Below are positions 1 to 11,375 of a stretch of 35,940 nt of DNA, in pieces (the stretch's first letter is position 1; each line of letters begins with the position of its first letter). The position numbers were made by a program, and so were the translations under genes. The notes beneath the pieces were generated by a model that saw only the letters and a program-made list of their open reading frames with translations, ran no database searches and had not been told where the DNA came from. Origin of the DNA: Paraspadella gotoi (lineage: Eukaryota; Animalia; Chaetognatha); the NCBI GenBank assembly GCA_051294375.1, contig JBJCIZ010001570.1:1-35940 (forward strand), in the 5' to 3' direction.

Positions 1-729
1 TTCTACATTACTCGTCTACCTCCTACAACATCGTTCTCTTCGTTTCATTAGCCACCGTGGATTCGCCGGTGGGCTGGACACCACTCCCTCACTTATCTCG
101 TGGAAAGATAAGAGGCTTAAAGACTTTGTGAAGGACTACAAAACTTTTNNNNNNNNNNNNNNNNNNNNNNNNNNNNNNNNNNNNNNNNNNNNNNNNNNNN
201 NNNNNNNNNNNNNNNNNNNNNNNNNNNNNNNNNNNNNNNNNNNNNNNNNNNNNNNNNNNNNNNNNNNNNNNNNNNNNNNNNNNNNNNNNNNNNNNNNNNN
301 NNNNNNNNNNNNNNNNNNNNNNNNNNNNNNNNNNNNNNNNNNNNNNNNNNNNNNNNNNNNNNNNNNNNNNNNNNNNNNNNNNNNNNNNNNNNNNNNNNNN
401 NNNNNNNNNNNNNNNNNNNNNNNNNNNNNNNNNNNNNNNNNNNNNNNNNNNNNNNNNNNNNNNNNNNNNNNNNNNNNNNNNNNNNNNNNNNNNNNNNNNN
501 NNNNNNNNNNNNNNNNNNNNNNNNNNNNNNNNNNNNNNNNNNNNNNNNNNNNNNNNNNNNNNNNNNNNNNNNNNNNNNNNNNNNNNNNNNNNNNNNNNNN
601 NNNNNNNNNNNNNNNNNAACACCTCTCTCTCCTGCAGTTCTTAACCAATATTTACAATTAGAACAACTGCTAATTCAATTGTTCATCATGCTCCTTCAGG
701 GTTAGGTTGTGCTTGGATCGTAAATTTTT

Positions 730-1605
730 CGGTATCCTCTGCTGCCGGTAACCACGTTTCTCATAGCGGTCATAACGTCTCCTGTTCATCCCGAAATCTG
801 TCATGGCTAGGAGAGCGGTATCTATACTCTCTTTGCCTTCTTTCTGATTTCATCTCTTCCAATGTTTGCGGTGATGTTGGCATTTATTTCTTTTTGTGTT
901 TCCAGGTTGCCTTGTGAGTAAGGTCAAGTTGTGGTTATTTTGTTAGTGAGTGCTTCCATCTCATTGTCTCTCATAGCAGCTCCTGTGAATGAGACTGTTG
1001 AGGTCCCGTATATACCTGCCCAAGCTGCAGCAAATGGTAATTTACCATCTGATTTCTCCAATAGTTCTTTCCACTTTTCTGCTCGTCACGGGCTTTAGTT
1101 GATGTCATAAGTGCGAGGAGCTAAGCCGACTTCTACAAAGGACTTGTAGTCAGGAGGTAGTCCCTGCAATGAAACGTTTGTGGAATTTCCTGTGAAACAG
1201 CTCTGGATTTGCTGCTACCAAGGAATGAAGAAGCGTGTTGTCTGTTATCACTTGGTTTTCAAAGACATTGTAAAGGGACGTCACCATCCCATTTAAGGCG
1301 TTCTAAATTGTCTTGAAACTTTTGTTTTTTTGGAGGGGTTCGATATCTTGAGATAAGCTCGGCCTTAGTGGCTGGCCAATTGTTTGTTTTCTCAGAGCCT
1401 TCATATAGCTTTGAGGCCAATAATCATCAATAAGTTTGTAGTGTAAGTCGTTTCAGGCAAGCGCTTTGTCTTGGATTGGTTAGGTGGCATCATCTGGTTA
1501 GCGGCTGCAACAACAGTAGGCACCATATTGGTTAACCAAAACTTCAATGTTCTTGTTTATCGATATAGAGAAATGGTTGAGTCAATTCTTACGGTAGGAA
1601 TCCAT
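730..1605 (-). CDS. gag: gag N-terminal/capsid part of copy A (inverted, frameshifted)
   Basis: Reverse complement matches 22366-23228: ATG GAT TCC (MDS...), KQKFQDNL..LKWDG, GLPPDYKSFVEVGL. Confidence 0.75.
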
Positions 1606-3432
1606 TGTGAGGTATGGTGGAAGTGAAAAAAAAAAATTGAATGTGAAATTTTTTTTTTTTTTTTGAGACAAGCAAATATATGTTGAAGCTAAATCAACTA
1701 ACCTGTCAGCGAAAGTTCTTGTTACTAGAAAAATATCACCAATAGAGAAATGGGTGTTTCCCATGAAGGAAATCACACTCTATTAATAGAGGGAGAATAA
1801 GTTCTTATAATTATTTATATTCTAAGTTAAGTTTATGTTTATTCAATGGTTGAAAAAATTTTTTTTTTTTTTTTTTTTTGATGGACAGGCCCAAAACAAT
1901 TAAGAGACGAATTAAAAAAAAACCCAAAATTGGTTTTGGACAAGCAAATAGGTAAATTAATCAACAGCCTGTCACAAAAAATGCTTTAAAAAAAAATAGA
2001 GAAATATAGTCGGGTTCCCGAAAGAGCCGATTATCTAATGATTTTAAATTTAAATGGTTACCCGAATTCAAGCCTAAAGTCAATTTTGTATAGCAACGAG
2101 AATGGGTTGGTCAAATGAAAAAGAAATTTTGAAAAAAATGACTTTTAAAATTAAATATTATTTGGGCACAAATTTCGATCCAAGCACAACCTAACCCTGA
2201 AGGAGCATGATGAACAATGAATTAGCAGTTTGTTCTAATTGTAAATATTGGTCTAAGAACGCACGGAGAGAGAGGTGTTGCTGGCACACAAGTTAGAGGG
2301 TTATTATTGAATGAGACTTCAATGTTAAGTAGGCGAGCAGGCAAGAAAACTTGACAGAAAATAAAATCTTATATTTAATTGATCTAGCTGGGGTGCATTT
2401 GAAAAGTTATATGCGTGCTAAAATAACCAGAGCATTTTGAAAACCGAAATAATATTAAGATTGTTTTTATAAAAAAAATTTTGCCAAATGTGCACGGTCG
2501 CAGACAAATCAAGCAGAGTGATGGCAACTGTAATGTCGCAAAACTAAAGAACGAGGATTAGGAGTTGGATTCCGCTGAAGAGAATAATTATCTGAGATTA
2601 ATATGGATTAAAGAGTGAGTAGGGCAAAATAAAAAAAGACGATTAAACCGATCATGAGTTAACGTGGAAATTTTTATTCATAGAGGCATGATGGAGGAAT
2701 TTAAAAAAGTTTTTGTAGTCCTTCACCAATAGTCTTTAAGCCTCTGTATCTTCACGAGCATAAGTGATAGGGAGTGGTTGTCCAGCCCACGGCTGAAATG
2801 CCACGGTGGCTAATGAAACGAAGAGAACGACTTTGTAGGAGGTAGACGAGTAATGTAGAAGGCGATTATATAGAGACGAGAAAGACACCAAAGAGCAACC
2901 GTATTCGGTATGTAGTCTGGTCGAATGTAGTAGTGGCGTGTCCCCTGACACAGGCAAAGAAGGGATCACTGTTGAGAAAACCCTGGTCGATGATTATATA
3001 CCACCCTTATGCGCACGGCAAATGTAGCTTGAAGAAATCCGAGTTATATATTAAGACGGACGCGTAGTGTAAGTTGGAGTTGTAGTTTGATTGGTGCTGA
3101 GGCCAAACACTATGGCCTGAACCACAGTAGACTAGATAAGTTAATATTGGGCAAAGTATGTGACCACTTCAATTGTTGATTGCATGTTGGGCAGAATCAA
3201 GCCTGCCACCATTTTCTCCAAGTAATTACTCTGTCCAGGACCGCGCGGAGAACGGTTAGGAAAGATAAAATAAATTGTTTAAAATAGTATTAAAAGTGAG
3301 TTGATTCATATTGATATAATTAGTAATAAGCATACTAATCCTACATAATTTAATATAAATATTAAGGTATAGTCAGCTCAAGATGAGAGGAGCTCACGTA
3401 AATATACTATATAAAGGTTTACGCTTTTAAAA

Positions 3433-3449
3433 CCGGCCTATATGCACCA
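3433..3449 (-). promoter_or_regulatory. Primer-binding site, tRNA-Gly(GCC)-like (inverted copy)
   Basis: Minus strand reads TGGTGCATATAGGCCGG just after the LTR-terminal CA. The complement of the animal tRNA-Gly-GCC 3' end is TGGTGCAT(T/C)GGCCGG. Confidence 0.65.
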
Positions 3450-3452
3450 AAG

Positions 3453-3889
3453 TGTATATGGCGAGCATTTGGTCCTAAGATTAACCAGTATAATGTAGCT
3501 CTAGTAGTATTTTCCCAATAAACATACCAATTAACTTACTTGTTTAGGAATAGAGATGCTAACTTGCTGTGGTTCAGTTTTAGAATGCCTGTTGAGCATA
3601 TAGCTAGCTTAAGGGAAGTAAAGTCTATATATTTAGATACCCTATGGAGGAAAGAAAGAGGGTCTTTATTAATAAACAAATATATTAATGCTCTAACATA
3701 ATTCCATAACCCAATAAGTAAGACTAAGACCAGAGAGGATGGCCTGCCATGATTGTGAAGCCAACTCTGTTCCAAGTATCAAAGCATAGATGTCATCCTC
3801 TTGGAAAAACTATAAAACTATAAATTGAAAATACCAAAGAGTGGGTTCCAATAAGAAGATTTATAAAGTTAGTTTTAAGTTGATAATTA
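3453..3889 (-). repeat. Partial 5' LTR of copy A (inverted, truncated at gap)
   Basis: Reverse complement matches ~15290-15690 and ~20125-20549, e.g. TTATTGGAACCCACTCTTTGGTATTT and CTGAACCACAGCAAGTTAGCATCTC. Confidence 0.88.
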
Positions 3890-3914
3890 NNNNNNNNNNN
3901 NNNNNNNNNNNNNN

Positions 3915-4316
3915 ACCGCAGGGATCATTCTCGGGAATACAACCGCAATTATGGCGACTCCAATTACCGCAGCCCAAGAGACAGATATCGGTACAGCCCT
4001 CGCGACCCCAGGAATAACAGCTGGGGTGGGCAAAATAGCCCCAGGCAACCTTATCCAAGAAGAGACTATTCAGACAATCGTGAAGGCAGAAACCCTCAAT
4101 TTGTTGGAAAACTAGAATTTGAAGACAGACGTCGAGACAACAGCTCAGAATCTAGAGACTACAGAAGTTCTAGCAACAGAAGCTACCAAGATCCCAAAAG
4201 CCCCTCCACTTATGGCAAACACCAGAGCATCCATGCAATCACAACAGCATGAATCTCCTTACAGACGCCGCAGAGACTCTCCTCATCCTTCCAAAACCAA
4301 TCAAGAGGATTTCTAG
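3915..4316 (+). CDS. gag: gag C-terminal R/S/D/Y-rich region, copy A
   Basis: Identical apart from indels to 23225-23626. Ends ...KTNQEDF-TAG at 4314-4316. Confidence 0.75.
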
Positions 4317-4367
4317 GATCCGACCATACGCAGAGCCACGATATAGTCGGATATCCTCGTAAGGCTC
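4307..4367 (+). promoter_or_regulatory. Putative programmed -1 ribosomal frameshift signal at the gag/pol junction (slippery heptamer plus pseudoknot)
   Basis: G GAT TTC (4307-4313) directly precedes the gag stop. Stem ATCCGAC 4318-4324 / GTCGGAT 4346-4352. Loop GAGCC 4333-4337 pairs with GGCTC 4363-4367. The -1 frame is open toward the protease. The structure recurs at 23618-23678. Confidence 0.65.
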
Positions 4368-7300
4368 CACTTAAACCTTTACCAAAGCCAGACATAATTA
4401 CAGAGATCTACGTAACAGTAAAAACAGAATCCATTTCCACTTAGATACGGATGTTCCACTACTTGTGTGCGGAAGCATTCATCCAAAGAACGCCTCATTT
4501 ACAACATGTCCCATTTCAACCACAAACAAACGTGGGTCACTCCATTGATGGCTCAGCATAATCACAATCGGGCTCATTCAGCTCGAATTCTCAATAATGA
4601 TGTTTCCTTCTCTGTAAATGCTAGAGTAATGAGAGGTTTAGTTAAACCAATAGTTTTAGGATGGGATTTCCTTTGCCATCACCGATCCATCATAGACTTA
4701 GACAAAGGCCAACTCAAGATGAAAGACATTAACATCCCATTTGAAAACCATCACAACCTGAAATCCCGACCCACCAATGCATATCCTCCTTTGACATCTT
4801 ATTTATTCCCTCCTTTTTCTCGTTAATAGCCAGGTAAGCTTCATGATACATCACATAACTGAGACTCAATATAATCTCTACACAAAATGAGCTACTAAGG
4901 GAAAACCCTTATATCATATACTCCAACCCTTTTACAAGAATTATGTCCGAGCCCACAAGCAAGAGAAAGGAAGTAACTGCGTTGGTTGCGCTCATTGTCA
5001 TGATGTCATATGAAGAAATCACCTATGTTGGCAAGTGCTTTAAACTGTTTTCCCACTCCAGTAATTATTAATCAAGATACACTTCTTGTCCTCATTTTTG
5101 AATTTTATGACCAAATCAGCCTCAGAAGATACCTATTCTTTCGTTTGTTGATGAATGGCTAACATCCCAATCACCATTAATCAGCCAACTAATACTTCAG
5201 CAACAACCCCTGAAACTAAACAGGAAAATCAATTCACTCTGGATCTCTCCAAAGCAGAAATTCCAGATGGCGAAAACCCACAAGAACTAGAGAATTTATT
5301 AAAAGTCAAACACTCTAAGGCTTTTGCATGGCATGATAAAGACATGGGAAAAGCTACTCTGGCAAAACATTATTGCAAATTGAAGCCAGGCCCACCCATA
5401 AGAGTACCACAATTTCGTTGCACGCCAGAAATGGCTGAAAGAATAGAAAAAAAAGTGGACAGCATGTGGCAAGAAGGTATTTGCCAACCTTCAGAGAGTC
5501 CATACAATTTCCCAATTATCTTGGTCCCAAAGAAAGATGGAAAAGATAGATTCGTAGTGGACCTCAGGAAACTCAATGCACAATCAGAAAAATACCATTA
5601 TCCAATGGAACACATATCAGATTGCCTACAAAGAATTAAAGGCAAAATATTTTCACAAATGGACCTCCTTAAAGGATTTTACCAAATCCCCATAGCCAAA
5701 TCTCATAGAAAATTTTACGCTTTCAGCACACCATCCAGACATTGGGAGATGTGTCGCTGCCCAATGGGTGAACTTAACTCCACATCAACAATGAATGCAA
5801 TGATGCAGCTCATATTCAAAGACTTTTCACCAGAACACCTCCTCACTTTTCGGAAAAGAGTAGGGATTCGACGTATGGGTGTGCGACCCTATCGAGGGCA
5901 AGACTCAATGCACCAATCAGCTATAAATAGCAACCAATTATCGCGAATGGAACACATATCAGATTGCCATAGCCACAAATAGAATTAAAGGCAAAATATT
6001 TTCCACAAGTATACCATCGCAATCTTAAAATATATTAAATGTGTACATTTTAACCAATCCCGCCATAGCCTATAAGAGTATCCATACTCGCACTATTTGA
6101 CAATCATTTTTATTTCAGTGCTTTTGTTTCTCAGACATTTCACAATATATTCCTACGTACTTATTAGTGTTGAAACATTTGGGTACTAGATGTGTCGCTG
6201 GCCCAAGAGTTTAACGTTGGGTGACTGATATAACTATGCCAGCATCTAGTTTCTTTTCAACAATACACAATAGAGATTACTACAATGAATGGCATTAAAC
6301 AAGATTAAAAGCATAGCATATTCAAAGACCATACGATTTCACCAGCCAAATGATTAGACACAGACACAATACAGCAACTGAGATGAGAAAGAACAGTAAG
6401 CGAGGGTCCTGAAGAGCTGGACAATTAAATACTGCCATATACATGACTTTTCTTCTGAAAATGGAGAGCTGTCGTGTGATAAACGAAATTGCCAGTGGTT
6501 TATTTCCAGGTCGCCCAGCTGACATACTGTTAGCCTCACTCAATTACAAGGACCCACCCTCAAAATGCTAGACAGAGTCCTGACCGCTCTAGAGAATGCA
6601 AACCTAAAACTTCATCCAGAAAAATCCTTTTCTGCAGAAGCAAAGTCGTCAGCCTTGGCTTTCTCCTCTCTGTGAAGGAATATCTCCAAATCCCAAGAAC
6701 CTTGAAAAAATCAGGTCTTGGCCATACCAAAGAATGTGAAGGAAACCAGAGGCATCCTTGGCTTGGCATCCTTTTATCGCCACTTCATAAAAGACTTCTC
6801 AAAAATTGCTGCTCCCTTAACGGATCTGACAAAGAAGGAATCACCTTTCCAATGGAATGAAAAATGTCAAATAGCATTCGAGCAATTGCTCAAAGCCCTA
6901 ACATCAGATTCCATAGTCGCCTATCCAGATTTCAACAAGGAATTATCCTTAGGACAGATGCCAGTTTAGAAGCAATTGGAATGGTCCTTCTACAAAAACA
7001 TGACAAAGAAAAGGTATCTGTTATGACTCCAAAAAGCTGTCTGAAAGGCAACAAAATTGGGCTACTTTTGACCGGAGAATTTTTCTCACTCTATAATTGG
7101 ATTAAAGCTTACCGCCACTACCTAGTAAATAAACACTTCACAGCAATCACTGATCACAAGCCATTGCTAAGTTGGAACAAACAAGATACCACCAAAGATC
7201 CCACTGGAAGACGCTCCCGCCTGGGCAATATTTCTAAACACCTTCTCTTTCACTTTATTACATCGACCTGGCAAAAGCATTGGAGATGCTGACGCAATGT

Positions 7301-10300
7301 CACGGAGACCCTCTGATACCACTAATGAATCCATACAGGACAAGAAAATTTTGAATCATTTTTAAAAGATATCCAAATTGAGGAAACTCAATCATCACAT
7401 ACAAACAAAACAGACATGTTCTGCTTGGGAGTAACAGAAGATGACCACCACAACTTGGTTAACATCCTTTGTGAAGAACAATCATTAGAACATCTAAAAC
7501 ACAACAAAGAAATGACCCTGACATAATGTCAGTCATTCAACAAAAATCAACACACAACAGAAAGAAACCAGATCAAGGTTCTGTCACCACACAAATGGTA
7601 CGCAAAACAATACCCAGCCCTACAACTCAAAGAGATGTTCTCTATCGCTCAACCAAACATCCTGATTTTCCTTTTCTCATACTACAAACCATTGTCCCAT
7701 CCACTGTTGTGGAAAATATCCTAAAAGAAACGCATGGAAACTCATTTACTGGTCACCCAGGAAAACAAAAGATGATGAAACCATCACCAAATATGCCATT
7801 TGGCCCAATTTGTGGTCAGACATAGACAATTACGTGGAGAATTGCTATGAATGCCAATGTCTCAGAGAACCAAATCCACCAATAAAGCACCCTTAGTACC
7901 TTTGGAAGTCGTTAGACCTATGCAGCAGATACAAGCAGATCTATTGAACTCCCTCTTTCACTAGAGGCTTCAATTATATCTTGGTGATCACTGATATTTT
8001 TACAAAATGGACAGAACTTTAGCAACAAAAAGTAAGACAGCTGAAGAAATAGCAGACCGCTTTCAAGAATATATTCTCAGACATGGTCCGCCAGAATCAT
8101 TCACCACAGATAAGGCGGCGAATTTGAAAACGAAATCATGCAGGTCCTTTGCAAATTTATGAACATTCATAAATCACATTCACCCTCATACCATCCACAG
8201 TCCCAAGGAGCCACAGAAAGGATAAATCGTTCAATTATTGCAGAGCTAACCAAACGCCTTCTGCACACGNNNNNNNNNNNNNNNNNNNNNNNNNTCGACG
8301 ACATACTTGTAGCCTCACTCAATTACAGGACCCACCTCAAAATGCTAGACAGAGTCCTGACGCGTTCTAGAGAATGCAAACCTAAAACTTCATCCAGAAA
8401 AATCCTTTTTCTGCAGAAGCAAAGTCGTCAGCCTTGGCTTTCTCCTCTCTGGTGAAGGAATATCTCCAAATCCCAAGAACCTTGAAAAAATCAGGTCTTG
8501 GCCATACCAAAGAATGTGAAGGAAACCAGAGGCATCCTTGGCTTGGCATCCTTTTATCGCCACTTCATAAAAGACTTCTCAAAAATTGCTGCTCCCTTAA
8601 CGGATCTGACAAAGAAGGAATCACCTTTCCAATGGAATGAAAAATGTCAAATAGCATTCGAGCAATTGCTCAAAGCCCTAACATCAGATTCCATAGTCGC
8701 CTATCCAGATTTCAACAAGGAATTTATCCTTAGGACAGATGCCAGTTTAGAAGCAATTGGAATGGTCCTTCTACAAAAACATGACAAAGAAAAGGTATCT
8801 GTTATGACTCCAAAAAGCTGTCTGAAAGGCAAACAAATTGGGCTACTTTTGACCGAGAATTTTTCTCACTCTATAATTGGATTAAAGCTTACCGCCACTA
8901 CCTAGTAATAAACACTTCACAGCAATCACTGATCACAAGCCATTGCTAAGTTGGAACAAACAAGATACCACCAAAGATCCCACTGGAAGACGCTCCCGCT
9001 GGGCAATATTTCTAAACACCTTCTCTTTCACTTTATTACATCGACCTGGCAAAAGCATTGGAGATGCTGACGCAATGTCACGGAGACCCTCTGATACCAC
9101 TAATGAATCCATTACAGGACAAGAAAATTTTGAATCATTTTTAAAAGATATCCAAATTGAGGAAACTCAATCATCACATACAAACAAAACAGACATGTTC
9201 TGCTTGGGAGTAACAGAAGATGACCACCACAACTTGGTTAACATCCTTTGTGAAGAACATCATTAGAACATCTCAAACACAACAAAGAAATGACCCTGAC
9301 ATAATGTCAGTCATTCAACAAAAATCAACACACAACAGAAAGAACCAGATCAAGGTTCTGTCACCAACAAATGGTACGCAAACAATACCCAGCCCTACAA
9401 CTCAAAGAGATGTTCTCTATCGCTCAACCAAACATCCTGATTTTCCTTTTCTCATACTACAAACCATTGTCCCATCCACTGTTGTGGAAAATATCCTAAA
9501 AGAAACGCATGGAAACTCATTTACTGGTCACCAGGAAAACAAAAGATGATGAAAACCATCCACCAAATATGCCATTTGGCCCAATTGTGGGTCAGACATA
9601 GACAATTACGTGGAGAATTGCTATGAATGCCAATGTCTCAGAGAACCAAATCCACCAATAAACACCCTTAGTACCTTTGGAAGTCGTTAGACCTATGCAG
9701 CAGATACAAGCAGATCTATTGAAGCTCCCTCTTTACATAGAGGCTTCAATTATATCTTGGTGATCACTGATATTTTTACAAAATGGACAGAACTTTAGCA
9801 ACAAAAAGTAAAACAGCTGAAGAAATAGCAGACCGCTTTCAAGAATATATTCTCAGACATGGTCCGCCAGAATCATTCACACACAGATAAGGCGGCGAAT
9901 TTGAAAACGAAATCATGCAGGTCCTTTGCAAATTTATGAACATTCATAAATCAACATTCAACCTATACACATCCACAGTCCCAAGGAGCCACAGAAAGGA
10001 TAAATCGTTCAATTATTGCAGAGCTAACCAAACGCCTTCTGCACAAGAGAAAATGGCCGAAGCAATTGCCATTTCTACACATATGCCATGAACACCACCC
10101 TCATAGCACCACTAAACAGACGCCCTTTTTTCATGAAACATGGTCATGAGGCCAACATTCCCATCAAAAAATCATCCCTTCCAAAATCCAAAACTCTCAG
10201 TTAAACAATACATTAGTGATATAAATAAACATTTCAACATCACTCATCTAAAGAAATCACAAAAGAAATACAACAAGCAAAGAAAACAAAAACACAATAT

Positions 10301-11239
10301 GATAAACAAATGAAATATCAGCCTACACAGAAGGTGACAAAGTATGGGAATTTCAACCACGTAACATTCATGAAAAATTAACCCCCAACTGGAACGGTCC
10401 CTCTACAATTATCAGTAAGAAAACTACAAAGGACGGGAAACCTCCAGTTAATTACATTTGCGAAAACCTGATGGTTCAAAATCTACCAAACACCACAATC
10501 AATTAAAACCATTCTCAGTACCAGAAAATCGTCTACTTCAACCCTCGGATCTTACAAAGCAAAATCCAACCCAAAGCAACAAAAGTGAAACCAATCCTAA
10601 AACAACCAACACAAGCCCACTCATCAAATGACCACAAGAGCCCAACAAAGCTATACTTCTCGCCGCGTTCTCATTTGATTCTACATCCCTTCACTGGAAG
10701 AAGATCCTGACATATAGAACAACCCGTTTCCACTGAAGAAAACAATAATCAAGCAAACAACATTGTTGGACTTGATGAAGTTCTGTTGCTAGAAAACATC
10801 ACCCTTCGGCGCCTGGTGCTGTGAATTATAATCCCTTAGATGCTTCTATAATCTTGCTCTCCCAGGAAAAGATCCTATCACAGCTTCTTCTCCAGAGAAC
10901 CTCATTATAACTTTCGTAAACGTAACAAAATACTAGTGATAATTCCTTTACCTTAAAGAAAGTAAAATCTAATGAATCAAAATCTAAAATAAAAAGTATA
11001 TTTCGAAAATTAAGTGACGAAATAATCCCTGATAATGATGGGTCAGAATTAGAAAAAGATTTAAATAAATCCCTACAAAAAGAAAATGACACTCAAAATC
11101 CTGTCCAGAAATAGCACAACCTGGGAAACCCATGATGGTTTCTCTTTATTAGAAGAAAATAGTACAACACACCGCTCCAATATCTATGAGCTCCTTTTGT
11201 GCCAATGACGAGGCTGAAACAAGCACTCCAGACAAATAA
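4307..11239 (+). CDS. pol: pol polyprotein copy A (aspartic protease, RT, RNase H, integrase, C-terminal tail); frameshifted, with an overlap duplication
   Basis: Protease ..IVLGWDFL; RT PYNFPIILVPKKDGKDRFVVDLRKLN, DLLKGFYQIP, DDILVAS; RNase H LRTDAS, ITDHKPL; integrase H..GH..CYEC, YHPQSQGATERINR. Confidence 0.9.
6544..10045 (+). repeat. Direct duplication of late RT-RNase H-integrase N-half (~6544-8268 versus ~8320-10045) around a 25-N gap
   Basis: Near-identical sequence on both sides of the gap at 8270-8294, e.g. MAIPKNVKETRGILGLASFY at 6718 and 8498. Confidence 0.9.
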
Positions 11240-11375
11240 TTCACTTTGTCGGTCTACCTTTTCCTATGCAAATAAATTGTCTCTTCTGTTTTTATGTAAA
11301 TTTTCTGCAAACCACCCCAATAATCTCCCCATTTTCTTTTCCCAGTGAAATTCATTTTTTTGATTAAAACTCAGA

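Larger units (their letters stand above)
730..3889 (-). repeat. Inverted copy of the element's 5' part (3' portion of LTR, PBS, leader, gag N-terminus)
   Basis: Reverse complement of ~20130-23228. It stops at ...GAGGATACCG, where forward sequence resumes after the 25-N gap at 3915 (ACCGCAGGGATCATTCTCGGG). Confidence 0.9.

Noticed and set aside
48-70. ISHRG as a glycerophosphodiesterase motif in the leader ORF
   Set aside because: It lies near the ORF's C-terminus and lacks the following ENT and E-x-D motifs.
89-661. ORFs of 170-177 aa at the window start
   Set aside because: They consist almost entirely of N-gap translation.
730-3914. Invertible segment or biological inversion of the LTR-leader-gag region
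   Set aside because: The segment ends where forward sequence resumes after a 25-N gap and overlaps forward fragments at 1-729; best explained as a mis-oriented contig.
6544-10045. Tandem duplication of RNase H/integrase as a novel pol architecture
   Set aside because: Near-identical overlap centred on a 25-N placeholder gap and absent from copy B; typical over-filled gap artefact.
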